DNA of 64,000 nt from Spirochaetota bacterium. Lineage in GTDB: Bacteria > Spirochaetota > UBA12135 > COTS27 > CBDBHE01. This document shows, piece by piece, positions 1-9,459 of the stretch. The number at the start of each line of letters is the position of its first letter. Within the stretch, counting starts at the first letter, position 1. The notes beneath the pieces were generated by a model. The model saw nothing but the letters and a program-made list of their open reading frames with translations. It was not told the origin of the DNA and did no database searches. The position numbers were made by a program, and so were the translations under genes. Location of the stretch: the NCBI GenBank assembly GCA_965205605.1, contig CBDBHE010000007.1:288001-352000 (forward strand). The letters are read 5' to 3'.

Positions 1-143
1 AAAACTGACTTCATCTCCATAAAAATATTGCTTCTTTATCTTTGTTTTTTTTCCAACCAACCCTTCAATTTCTTCTAAGGTTTTTCTTTTTTCATAGCGA
101 TAAGCACTTCCATGAATAAAAAAAAATCGCTTGTTCACTTTCA

Positions 144-863
144 TTAATTCCTCTCTAAACCCTTGCGATCAATTTGATCAATTTTCTCTTCCCTGTTCTC
201 AATTTCCAAGTCTTCTGGTTTTCTTCCTAAAAAATCAGCTTCTTTTTCTTGGACTTCATTAGAAAAAAAAGGGTTCTTTTCAAACCACGTTTGATTGGTA
301 TTTTCTTCTAGTCCTTCGTAACCTAGTTGTCTCACCACTTCAAATTGACCCGTTTCAATTAAACGCTCTAAATGATAGCTGAGAAGATCAAACAATTTTT
401 CTAAAGCTTCTTTATAAGCAAAAAAATCTCCTTCCTCTTGATAGTGATACAATCTAGAAAGTTTTAACGGCTTACTTCTCACATAATAAGCTTTCGTCTT
501 CACATCTCTCATCGTCACCCAAACGTCTAATATCAACCTTCTTTGATGAGGCCCGCTGGGATGCCTGCGAACTAAGACTTCTTTCTCAAATCTCCTAATC
601 TCCAAGTCTAAATAAACATCAGCTGATTTTAAACGATTGACCCATCTTAATTCTTGTGAAAACTTAAAATGATTTTCTAAGTCTTTTTTTAATAACTCCC
701 CCACTTCCCTAGCACTAGAAAAATTAATCACCGATCCAATATAAATCGTTTTTTCACTATAAGGAATAAATCGTTGATTGTTTTTAACCTGCTTGCCCGC
801 ACAATCTATCAAAAAAAAAAAACCAAGCAAACAAGCCAAACCAAACAAATCAAAAAATCTCAT
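144..863 (-). CDS. LptE-like outer-membrane lipoprotein (LPS assembly)
   Basis: Signal peptide with lipobox-like LIDC; TIYIGSVINFS...ADVYLDLEIRRF...LILDVWVTMRDVKT pattern resembles the LptE fold. Confidence 0.55.
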   Translation of the reverse strand: MRFFDLFGLACLLGFFFLIDCAGKQVKNNQRFIPYSEKTIYIGSVINFSSAREVGELLKKDLENHFKFSQELRWVNRLKSADVYLDLEIRRFEKEVLVRRHPSGPHQRRLILDVWVTMRDVKTKAYYVRSKPLKLSRLYHYQEEGDFFAYKEALEKLFDLLSYHLERLIETGQFEVVRQLGYEGLEENTNQTWFEKNPFFSNEVQEKEADFLGRKPEDLEIENREEKIDQIDRKGLERN

Positions 864-1013
864 TAAAAAATTATAAACTCCAAACTTCTTTTCTACTCTA
901 AAAAGACTATCTTTTTTTAATATTTTTTAATACAATCTTTTAAATAAACCCTTCTTTTTTTTCAAATGAATTTTATTTAAAACCCATTTATCTTCATTTA
1001 ATTTTTAACTCTG

Positions 1014-2546
1014 ATGCCTTTTTTATTTTCCTTTCGAGCTAAAGCCGATCTCTTTACCTACCACCTAAAAAAAACCCCCCAAGCTCCCTTTCTTCATACT
1101 CCCAAAAAGACGTTTACTTATCAACGTTTTCATGAAAAAATTTTGTCTTTTAAAAAAGCATTGCTCTCTGAAAACCTTCTTGGCTTTCTTTCCCCCCCCT
1201 TTCCTGTCGCCTTTGCCATTTCTCTTTCCTCAGACGCTTTGGCAATGCTCATCGCCCTCTATCAACTCAAAAAACCAACCCTTCTCTTAAACCCTCTCTT
1301 GCCTCCAAAATCTCTCTTGCCTTATCTAAAACAACTCCATATTCATCTCTTCATGGTCAGCGAACCTTCTTCTTATTTTTTACAATTTCCCTTTCCAAAA
1401 CCAATCAAGCTTTTAACTCTCTCTTCCTTAACCTTCCAAACGGCAAAACCTTCTTTGCCTTTGCCTATTAAGAAGCCTTCTCTGAAGAAGCCTTCTCTAA
1501 AAAAAATTAAAAAAACTTTTTTACAAAAACCCCTTCATTACCTTCTAACCTCCGGGAGCAGTCAAACACCCAAAATCGCCACCCTCTCTTTACAAAATCA
1601 CCTCTCCAACGCCAAACAAGTCAAACACCACTTTCACCTAAAAGCCAGTGATACTTGGCTGCTAAAACTCCCCCTTTATCATGTCAGTGGACTCTCTATT
1701 GTTTTCCGTTGCCTTTTAGTGGGAGCTGCTATTTTTTTGAGCCCACTGGCAATCTCTTCTACTTTGTTTTCTCATCCCTTCATCACACACCTCTCCATGG
1801 TCGAATCTCAATTTAAACAATCTCTCGCTGATCACCCCAGTGCCCTTCAAATCCCAAAAGTCATTCTCTTAGGGGGTAGCCTTCTTTCCAAACAAACCCT
1901 CTCCCTTGTCCATCAATTCAAAAATCTCTACCCCACCTACGGAATGACCGAAATGGCTTCTCAAGTCGCCACTTACTGCCCTAAAAAAAAAAAATTAAAA
2001 ATACTTCATTCCGTCAAGCTCAAAATTAAAAACCAACAAATCTTTTTAAAAGGACCTTCTCTTTTTTTAGGGTACGCAAAAACCCCTCATCAATTGAGCC
2101 CCGCTCTCGATTCATCTGGCTATTTTCCAAGTGGGGATCACGGTCAAAAATTAAACCACCATTACTTACATCTCTTCGGTCGAAAAGACAATCTCTTTAT
2201 TTCAGGAGGTGAAAACATTAGAGCAGAAGAAATCGAAGCCATCCTCTTATCATTAAATCCCGTCAAAAATGCTCTCGTCATCCCTATCCCCCACCCAAAA
2301 TGGACCCACATTCCTATTGCAATCTTGGACCTCCACCTTCCTAAAAAAAAAACTTTTAAAGCAACTTGCCAGTGGATCCAAACAAAGCTTCCTTCTCTCC
2401 TCCCTAAATACAAGATTCCCTCTTCTTTTTATCCATTCCCTAAAAAATATCTCCCTAAACAAGCAAATTGGGGTAAAATAAAACGAAAGCAAATCCAAAC
2501 TTACTTTCAAACAAAACTGGCCTCTTTACATAAAAAAATAAAATGA
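1014..2546 (+). CDS. menE: o-succinylbenzoate-CoA ligase (AMP-binding family)
   Basis: LTSGSSQTPK P-loop, LPLYHVSGLSI, YGMTEMASQV, GRKDNLFISGGENI, PKYKIP. Confidence 0.8.
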   Translation: MPFLFSFRAKADLFTYHLKKTPQAPFLHTPKKTFTYQRFHEKILSFKKALLSENLLGFLSPPFPVAFAISLSSDALAMLIALYQLKKPTLLLNPLLPPKSLLPYLKQLHIHLFMVSEPSSYFLQFPFPKPIKLLTLSSLTFQTAKPSLPLPIKKPSLKKPSLKKIKKTFLQKPLHYLLTSGSSQTPKIATLSLQNHLSNAKQVKHHFHLKASDTWLLKLPLYHVSGLSIVFRCLLVGAAIFLSPLAISSTLFSHPFITHLSMVESQFKQSLADHPSALQIPKVILLGGSLLSKQTLSLVHQFKNLYPTYGMTEMASQVATYCPKKKKLKILHSVKLKIKNQQIFLKGPSLFLGYAKTPHQLSPALDSSGYFPSGDHGQKLNHHYLHLFGRKDNLFISGGENIRAEEIEAILLSLNPVKNALVIPIPHPKWTHIPIAILDLHLPKKKTFKATCQWIQTKLPSLLPKYKIPSSFYPFPKKYLPKQANWGKIKRKQIQTYFQTKLASLHKKIK

Positions 2547-3178
2547 TTCGTACCGTAATTTTTATCTCAGGTCGTGCTTCTAATATGTTAAACATTTTAA
2601 AAGCAACTGAAAATAAAGTCTTAAAAAAAATTAAAGTCACCCTCGTTGTTTCTGATCAAAAAAACGCCATGGGTCTTTCTATCGCCAAGGAAAAAAAAAT
2701 CCCTACTCATCTCCTTCCTGCTTCTCCTTTTAAAACCAAGCTCTCTACTAAAATCGAAGCCAATCTAGTTTCCCATCTCAAACACCTAAAAACAGACTTA
2801 ATTTGTCTAGCCGGCTACATGAAAATCATCAAGTCACCCCTTCTAAACGCCTTTGAAAAACGTATCTTAAACATTCATCCTTCCCTCCTACCCCTCTACC
2901 CCGGTCTTAACGCCCAAAAACAAGCCCTCCTCGACAAAGCTAAACAATCCGGCTGTACCCTCCATTTCGTCGATCAAAATATCGATACCGGTCAAATCTT
3001 ACAACAAAAAAAAGTCCCCATCCTCCTCAGTGATACCCTCTTTTCTCTTTCAAAACGCATCTTAAAACAAGAACACTCCCTCTACATCGACGTCTTAAAA
3101 AAAATCGAATCCGGGCAAATCCCTTTAGGAAACTCAAAAAAAAGCCCAAAACCCCTTTCTCCTCATGAACCCAATTGA
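2543..3178 (+). CDS. purN: Phosphoribosylglycinamide formyltransferase
   Basis: ISGRASN, LAGYMKI, LNIHPSLLP, SGCTLHFV, DTGQI. Confidence 0.95.
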   Translation: MIRTVIFISGRASNMLNILKATENKVLKKIKVTLVVSDQKNAMGLSIAKEKKIPTHLLPASPFKTKLSTKIEANLVSHLKHLKTDLICLAGYMKIIKSPLLNAFEKRILNIHPSLLPLYPGLNAQKQALLDKAKQSGCTLHFVDQNIDTGQILQQKKVPILLSDTLFSLSKRILKQEHSLYIDVLKKIESGQIPLGNSKKSPKPLSPHEPN

Positions 3179-4139
3179 AAAGCTTTTCGGAAACAAGTGC
3201 CTCTTACTAGCCCCCATGGAAAACGTCACCAATACCGTCTATCGACTCCTCTGTCGTCAAATGGGAGCCGATGGAGTTTATACCGAGTTTATTAGTTCTG
3301 AAGGTCTCATCAGAGGGTGCAAACGAGGGTTTAAAAAAATGGCCTTTCAACAAGCCGAACGTCCCATCGGCATTCAAATCTATGGCTCCGATGACGAAGC
3401 CATGACCAAAGCCGCTCTTCTCGCTTCAAAGGCAAAACCTGATTTCATCGACATCAATGCCGGGTGTTGGGTTAAAAAAGTTTCCAATAGAGGCGCCGGC
3501 GCCGCTCTTTTAAAAAATCCTAAAAAAATGCAAACCATGATTAAAAAAATCGTCAAAGCTGTCGACCTTCCCGTCACCGTCAAAACACGCCTCGGTTGGG
3601 ACCAAAAATCAATCGTCATTGAAGAAGTCGCAAAACGAATCGAAGACGCCGGAGCCAAAGCCCTCACCCTTCATTGCCGTACTCGCATCGGAGCCCACAC
3701 CGAAAACGTCAATTGGTCTTATATTAATAAACTTAAGTCTATTTGTGATTTCCCCATTTATTTAAACGGAGGCGTTATCCATTCAGCCGATGTCCTCTCC
3801 GCTTTTACACAAACCAACGCCAATGGACTGATGATCGCTCGCGGCGCCATCGGTAGCCCTTGGATCTTCTCAGAAGCAAAACAACTCCTAAAATATGGCT
3901 ACATCAAAAACCCTTTCTCTTTAAACCAAAAAATTAATCTCTGCCTAAATCACCTCTCCCTTTTCATTCAGCTCAAAGGAGAGCCTATCGCTATCAAAGC
4001 CTTTAGGCGTTATTACCACGGTTACTTAAAAGGAACCACTCACATCACCTCTTTTAGAAATACCCTCATGCAATTACAATCCTTCCACCAAGTCAAATCT
4101 CTTCTTCTTTCTTTACAAACTTCTCCACCTCTTTCTTAA
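3165..4139 (+). CDS. dusB: tRNA-dihydrouridine synthase B
   Basis: LAPM, YTEFISSEG, IDINAGC, PVTVKTRLGWD, MIARGAIGSPWIF. Confidence 0.9.
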   Translation: MNPIEKLFGNKCLLLAPMENVTNTVYRLLCRQMGADGVYTEFISSEGLIRGCKRGFKKMAFQQAERPIGIQIYGSDDEAMTKAALLASKAKPDFIDINAGCWVKKVSNRGAGAALLKNPKKMQTMIKKIVKAVDLPVTVKTRLGWDQKSIVIEEVAKRIEDAGAKALTLHCRTRIGAHTENVNWSYINKLKSICDFPIYLNGGVIHSADVLSAFTQTNANGLMIARGAIGSPWIFSEAKQLLKYGYIKNPFSLNQKINLCLNHLSLFIQLKGEPIAIKAFRRYYHGYLKGTTHITSFRNTLMQLQSFHQVKSLLLSLQTSPPLS

Positions 4140-4186
4140 AAAAAATAAATCACTCAGCTTACAAGTTACTAAAAAATAAATCCTTT

Positions 4187-4312
4187 TTACAAAGCAAGTA
4201 ATAACACCATAAGAATAATAATAAAAACTAAAACAAACCCTTGGATTAAAAAACTTTCTGTTTTTTTTAAACGTTTGATTTGTTTATCAAAACTTTCATT
4301 TTTTAGTGCCAT
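4187..4312 (-). CDS. Small single-TM membrane protein (41 aa, below the ORF-track cutoff)
   Basis: Translated by hand: MALKNESFDKQIKRLKKTESFLIQGFVLVFIIILMVLLLAL*; AAGGTGG Shine-Dalgarno just upstream. Confidence 0.45.
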   Translation of the reverse strand: MALKNESFDKQIKRLKKTESFLIQGFVLVFIIILMVLLLAL

Positions 4313-4415
4313 TTCACCACCTTTTTCTTAAGTAAAAAAAAAAATCCCTCTAAAAATCCCTCTTTTAGTGGCTTAAAATTAAAAAAAATTCATTCGCTTA
4401 AAAGAAAAAAGGAGA

Positions 4416-4449
4416 AAGGAGAAACACCAAAATGCTTCTCCTTTTTTTT
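4416..4449. terminator. Hairpin with A/T tracts, probable intrinsic terminator
   Basis: aaggagaaaca-ccaaaa-tgcttctcctt followed by a T tract; A-rich on the other side. Confidence 0.45.
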
Positions 4450-4693
4450 GTAAGCACAACAACCACTATTATTTTTATAATAATTAAGCAAGATAAAAGC
4501 ATGACACTTTTACTTGCCCTAGTGATATAAACGGTTTTTGAGTCTTAAATTATAATGTCCGGGCTTTTAATTTTTTTTTGAGTCTTTTTTAAAGATTCGT
4601 TTGAACAAAACCGACCCCCCCAAAAAAAAAAGTCTAATCTGAAGGTTGAAAATGAATGAAGAGAATGAATGAAAAAAAAACAGAACCATAATA

Positions 4694-4729
4694 AAAAGAA
4701 ACTTTCTTAGTAAAAAGAAGTTTCTTTTT
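4694..4729 (-). terminator. Probable intrinsic terminator after 4781..5872
   Basis: Imperfect inverted repeat aaaagaaactttct / agaagtttctttt about 50 bp past the stop. Confidence 0.4.
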
Positions 4730-4780
4730 ATTATACCTTAAAGAAAAAAGAAAAACCTAATAAATAAATTAGAACAGAGC

Positions 4781-5872
4781 TTACGCTGCTTTTTCTTCGT
4801 TTTTAGAATTAATAATTTCTTTAGCTTTAGCTTCTTTTTTAGCCTTAGCTTTGGCTTTAGCTTTGGCTTCTTTTTTCGCCTTTGTAGCTTTACAAGCACC
4901 ACTATACCAACAACCTTTGGAATCTGCATCTCCATCAGCATATAAATGATAGAGAGAAGACGTTTTGCTTACTGCAGAAGCTTCTTTAGACTTACATTTT
5001 TTACAAGTTTCTCCATCTTTACAGTCTTTACACCCCTTCTTTTTAGATTCACATTTTTTGCAAGCTTCTCCATCCTTACAATCTTTACACCACCTCTTTT
5101 TAGATTTTTTCTTCATCATCGAAGCCATTTGAGAACGCTGCTCTGAGTTTAAAAGAGAATGCATCGTTTCTTTGGCAGTAACTGATTTTTGTTTGGCAGC
5201 AGAGATTTTTGCAAGATAAGCCTCCACCTCACTAGTGTGTTCAGAAGAAAAAAAAGTGTCTTCAGCGACTTTGGCATAAAGCATTTGTTTAAAAGCGGCA
5301 TACAGTTTTGCCATGTTAACCTTGGCATCCATACTGTCCTCTAAGGCTTTTGAAAAAGCAGGTGCTTTATCGGCTGCCAAATTAAGAGATTGGATTAGTT
5401 TTTCTTTTTTAGCTTTTCTTTTATCCTCATTGACTTCTTTTCCAAAACGATTTGTTTTCATCTTTTTCTTCAAAAGAACCTTAGAGAATTGTTGTCTTTG
5501 GCTAGAATTTAAAGTCTCATGAAAAACTTTTAAAGCAGCAATCTTTTTATCTAACAACTGCTTTTTAACCTCCATGATTTTACTCACGTCTTTACTCGCT
5601 TTTTCAGCTGAAAAATCATCTGCCTTAAAAAGAGCCGTCATGTTTTTTCCGTATTCTTTTTTAGCATCTCTCATGGCTACTTTGCCTTCAAAACTAACAT
5701 GTAGATAATCTTTTAAGCATCCTTTTTGATGCTTATCTAACTTTAATTTTTTAGCAAGGACTTTTATTTTATTTTTTTTTTTAAGTTCTCCTCTATTAGC
5801 TGTTTGAGAACAACTGACCATTATCGATGTCCCAAAAGCTAATACAGTAACTAAGTAAATTAATTTTTTCAA
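4781..5872 (-). CDS. Lipoprotein with tandem Spy/CpxP-like helical domains and a Cys-rich/Lys-Ala-rich tail
   Basis: Lipobox MVSC; LTxxQ-like motifs (LDKHQ, LNSSQR, LNSEQR); duplicated CKDCKDGExCKKC. Confidence 0.5.
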   Translation of the reverse strand: MKKLIYLVTVLAFGTSIMVSCSQTANRGELKKKNKIKVLAKKLKLDKHQKGCLKDYLHVSFEGKVAMRDAKKEYGKNMTALFKADDFSAEKASKDVSKIMEVKKQLLDKKIAALKVFHETLNSSQRQQFSKVLLKKKMKTNRFGKEVNEDKRKAKKEKLIQSLNLAADKAPAFSKALEDSMDAKVNMAKLYAAFKQMLYAKVAEDTFFSSEHTSEVEAYLAKISAAKQKSVTAKETMHSLLNSEQRSQMASMMKKKSKKRWCKDCKDGEACKKCESKKKGCKDCKDGETCKKCKSKEASAVSKTSSLYHLYADGDADSKGCWYSGACKATKAKKEAKAKAKAKAKKEAKAKEIINSKNEEKAA

Positions 5873-5988
5873 GGGTATTATCCTCCTTTTATTTAAGCCC
5901 CAATTATAGCATACTCAATGCATAAAATGATAGTATCTAATAAATAAAATTTTTTTTTAACCTTACCAAAAAAAGAATTACATGACCC

Positions 5989-7242
5989 TTACATGACCCC
6001 TTTAGTGCTAGGAAGCTGTTTAGAAACAAGGGTGACCGCAGACGCTAAAGCCTTGGCAAACGCTTTGAAGCTGGCTTCAATTTTGTGATGCATGTTGTCT
6101 CCTTTAAGCGTAAGGTGCAAGCTTACCCCAGCAGATTTACTAAATGAATCAAAAAAATGCTTCAACATTTCTGTTGGAAAATCTCCCACATACTCTCTTG
6201 AAAAACTCCCTTCAAACACTAAAAACGCCCTGCCTGAAACATCTAAAGCACAAGCACTCACACTCTCATCCATCACCGCCACTTTTTTGATGCTTTTTTG
6301 CTCTTCTCTTTCCACCAAACTTACAGAAGTCAAAAATCCAACCTCTGGGTAAAACCCATATCGATTAATGCCTTTTTTATCCCCCAGAGCCTTTAAAAAA
6401 CACGCCCCCAAACAAATCGCTGTGTCTTCAATAAGATGATGTTCATCAACATGCAAGTCATTTTTCTTCACCTCTAGCTCCAAATCCATCAAACTATGAC
6501 AAGCTAATTGAGAAAGCATGTGATCAAAAAAATGAAGACCACTTTTGCCTTGATAAACCCCACTACCTTCTAAAGTCAACTTACAATTGATACTCGTTTC
6601 TTTCGTTTCATAACAAACCACCCCTTTGCGTTTTGAACAAAGGGTAAACTCTAATAACTCAAACCAATCACGACAAAAAGTCGTTTGTACCTCTTGCCAC
6701 CTTAACCCTTCCTCCTTGCCTCCCTTTTCATCTGCAAAAAGACCTTCTTCATTTCTTTTATCGTTTGGCACCAAAGAAAAACTTTCAATCCCTAGGTTTT
6801 TGGCAAACAAAGCATCCGTGGGCCTATCACCTATCATTAAAGAAGCTTGTTTGTCTATGTCATTATTTTTTAAATAGTCTAAAACCATCCCTACATTGGG
6901 CTTTCTCATGGGGCTATTTTCATGCGCAAAATGAGCATTAACAAACACTCGCTTAAAAAAAATGCCCTGAGAAGAAAAGGTTTGTAAGATGAAATCTTGC
7001 ACCTTATCAAAATCTGACTGCAAGTATTGCTCGCTACCCAAACCGTCTTGATTGCTGACCATCACAAGCTCATAGCCAGCTTCTACAAATTGCTTTAAAA
7101 CAATCACCACCCCCTTAGTAAAGCGAATCTCTGAAACCTCATTAATTTGTAAACAAGATCCTTCTTCAATTAAAGTCCCATCTCGATCTAAGAAAAGAAC
7201 TTTTGTTGCTTTCTTGGGTTTGAGAAGACTCAAAAAAGACAA
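5989..7242 (-). CDS. hisB: Bifunctional histidinol-phosphatase / imidazoleglycerol-phosphate dehydratase
   Basis: HAD motif FLDRDGTL, NQDGLG, RKP; IGPD motifs FFDHML, DEHHLIED, NMHHKIEASFKA, LPSTKG. Confidence 0.93.
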   Translation of the reverse strand: MSFLSLLKPKKATKVLFLDRDGTLIEEGSCLQINEVSEIRFTKGVVIVLKQFVEAGYELVMVSNQDGLGSEQYLQSDFDKVQDFILQTFSSQGIFFKRVFVNAHFAHENSPMRKPNVGMVLDYLKNNDIDKQASLMIGDRPTDALFAKNLGIESFSLVPNDKRNEEGLFADEKGGKEEGLRWQEVQTTFCRDWFELLEFTLCSKRKGVVCYETKETSINCKLTLEGSGVYQGKSGLHFFDHMLSQLACHSLMDLELEVKKNDLHVDEHHLIEDTAICLGACFLKALGDKKGINRYGFYPEVGFLTSVSLVEREEQKSIKKVAVMDESVSACALDVSGRAFLVFEGSFSREYVGDFPTEMLKHFFDSFSKSAGVSLHLTLKGDNMHHKIEASFKAFAKALASAVTLVSKQLPSTKGVM

Positions 7243-7297
7243 AAAACCATGCTGCTTCTATTTTTTTTAAGAAAAACTTAAAATAAAAATAAGCCGC

Positions 7298-7357
7298 ATG
7301 ATTTACTTTATGATTTACTTTATGATTTACTTTATGATTTACTTTATGATTTACTTT
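7298..7357. repeat. 12-bp tandem repeat ATGATTTACTTT x5 overlapping a stop codon
   Basis: Copies at 7298, 7310, 7322, 7334, 7346. Confidence 0.95.
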
Positions 7358-7884
7358 AAAGAAACACTTTTAAGTTGTGCTTTCATTCCAAGAGCCTTAG
7401 CATTCCCTAAAGAAATCACCAAACGATAAGCCTTTATATTTTCCGCTTTTTTAAAAACAATTTCTTTTTCAAGAGTCCCCTTTCCGGTTTTAGTGATAAT
7501 TTCGTTCAAAAGTCGTTTTTTATTAAAAGGTTTGCTCTTGTCGATAGGCTCAGTAGCACCGATTATCATGATAAGCTTGCTGGGTTCATTGCCTTTATCA
7601 GTCACTCGATAATTGACTTTAAACGTTCTTGTTTTTCCATCAGCAGGGACATAAACCTGAACCAATTCAAAAAGACCTTTCTTTTTTTTTTCACCCCATA
7701 ACCAGCCTCTTTTTACCTCTCCTCTAATCTTAATGTTTTTGTTTTCATTTTCCTTTTTAAAATCTAAAGAAAAAGACTTTATCGGCTCTTTTGAAAAACC
7801 CTCCGTCACCATTAAGGATAAGGCTAAAAGAAAAACCCCCAAAGAAACTTTTCTCATGATTTGATTCATTATTTTTTTAATCAT
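7351..7884 (-). CDS. Secreted hypothetical protein (paralogue of 8100..8693)
   Basis: Signal peptide; identical N-terminus and near-identical C-terminus to its neighbour. Confidence 0.75.
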   Translation of the reverse strand: MIKKIMNQIMRKVSLGVFLLALSLMVTEGFSKEPIKSFSLDFKKENENKNIKIRGEVKRGWLWGEKKKKGLFELVQVYVPADGKTRTFKVNYRVTDKGNEPSKLIMIIGATEPIDKSKPFNKKRLLNEIITKTGKGTLEKEIVFKKAENIKAYRLVISLGNAKALGMKAQLKSVSLK

Positions 7885-7978
7885 ATTTTTTCCCTCTCTA
7901 ATTAATTAAAGTAAAGTCATTGACTTTTTTAAAGTTATTATACAATATTTTTTAAATTTTTTTGAGATTGCAGGCCAT

Positions 7979-8100
7979 GCTCATCGCCAGCTTCTACAAA
8001 TTGCTTTAAAACAATCACCACCCCCTTAGTAAAGCGAATCTCTGAAACCTCATTAATTTGTAAACAAGGTCCTTCTTCAATCAAAGTCCCACCTCAATCT
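7979..8100 (-). pseudogene. Duplicated fragment of the hisB 5' region
   Basis: Near-identical to ~7069-7190 (gccagcttctacaaattgctttaaaacaatcaccacccccttagtaaagcg...). Confidence 0.9.
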
Positions 8101-8693
8101 CAAAAATAATCCGCATGATTGATTAAAGAAACACTTTTAAGTTGTGCTTTCATTCCAAGAGCCTTAGCATTCCCTAAAGAAATCACCAAACGATAAGCCT
8201 TTATATTTTCCGCTTTTTTAAAAATAATTTCTTTTATAAGAGCCCCTTTTCCGATTTTAGTGATACGTTCGTCCAAAAGTCGTAGTTTTTTATTAAAAGG
8301 TTTGCTCTTATCGATGGGCTCAAGAGCTTCGATCATCATAATAAGCTGGCTTTTTTCATTGCCTTTAACCATCACTTCATACTTGGCTGCAAGCTTTCTT
8401 ATTTTTCCATCAGCGGGGATATTAACCCAAATCATGTGATGCCAAACTCCCTTTTTTTTTTCAGCCCATAACCAGCCTCTTTTTACCTCTCCTTTAATTT
8501 GAATGTTTGTGTTTTCATTTTCCTTTTTAAAATTTAAAGAAAACGATTCTATCGGCTTTAGTTCCCAAGCCCTCTTTCTTACCCGCTTTGTCTTCTCTTT
8601 TGAAAAACCCTCCGTCACCATTAAGGATAAGGCTAAAAGAAAAACCCCCAAAGAAACTTTTCTCATGATTTGATTCATTATTTTTTTAATCAT
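8100..8693 (-). CDS. Secreted hypothetical protein (paralogue of 7351..7884)
   Basis: Same signal peptide MIKKIMNQIMRKVSLGVFLLALSLM; tandem duplicate. Confidence 0.75.
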   Translation of the reverse strand: MIKKIMNQIMRKVSLGVFLLALSLMVTEGFSKEKTKRVRKRAWELKPIESFSLNFKKENENTNIQIKGEVKRGWLWAEKKKGVWHHMIWVNIPADGKIRKLAAKYEVMVKGNEKSQLIMMIEALEPIDKSKPFNKKLRLLDERITKIGKGALIKEIIFKKAENIKAYRLVISLGNAKALGMKAQLKSVSLINHADYF

Positions 8694-8866
8694 ATTTTTT
8701 CCCTCTCTAATTAATTAAAGTAAATTTATTGACTTAAAAAGCAAGATTATTGACTTTTTAAAAGCCATTATACAATATTTTTTCTAAGAAATCGAAGAAG
8801 AAAATGGATTGATAGGATTATAAGATGGGTAATTAATAGAAGGGGACAAGAAAGAGACGAGAAGGC

Positions 8867-8895
8867 TTGATAAAAGCGATGGGGTAACGTATACT
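8867..8895 (+). promoter_or_regulatory. Sigma70-type promoter for the LEA_2-tsaD-hisA run
   Basis: TTGATA-N17-TATACT. Confidence 0.55.
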
Positions 8896-8921
8896 TTCAA
8901 GGATTTTAAAGTGAATCACTA

Positions 8922-9419
8922 ATGGAAAAAGAAGAGAGGAAGAAGGAAAAACGGATGAAAAAGTGGTTTTTTAGTTTGAGTGTGCCTCTTATTTTGATGG
9001 GGGGAGGTTTAGAAGGGTCGTGGTTTAAAAAACCGAAGATTGAGCTAAAGAATGTAACCTTTAAAAGCTTGAGTAAAGAGTCTTTAGAGCTAAAGATGAC
9101 GTTAATGATTTCTAATCAAAATAGTATTGGTTGTCGATATAAGATTGGGAAGATTACTTTGTATGATGAAAAAGGCCAAGAAATTGGATTCATAAAGAAA
9201 ATAGGTTATAAGTCTCTGAAAGCAAAAAAGAAGCATAAGGTGTCTGTTGAAACGGTGGTAGAGACAGAGCAAGTGGTGAAGTTGATGTTTAATTTTTTAA
9301 TGCAAAAAGATTTTAAGTTTAAAGTAAAGGGGAAGGCAGTGGTCAACATTTTTTTAATTCTTTTTTTTAAGGTTTCATTTGAAGAGCAGCTGGAGGTTGA
9401 CTCTGGGGCTATTTTTTAA
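8922..9419 (+). CDS. LEA type 2 (WHy) domain protein
   Basis: KPKIELKNVTFKSL...ISNQNSIG...FKVKGK pattern with an N-terminal hydrophobic segment. Confidence 0.65.
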   Translation: MEKEERKKEKRMKKWFFSLSVPLILMGGGLEGSWFKKPKIELKNVTFKSLSKESLELKMTLMISNQNSIGCRYKIGKITLYDEKGQEIGFIKKIGYKSLKAKKKHKVSVETVVETEQVVKLMFNFLMQKDFKFKVKGKAVVNIFLILFFKVSFEEQLEVDSGAIF

Positions 9420-9459
9420 AGGGGGCAGGGAAAAAAGAAAAGAGGAAGGAGGGTGATAA

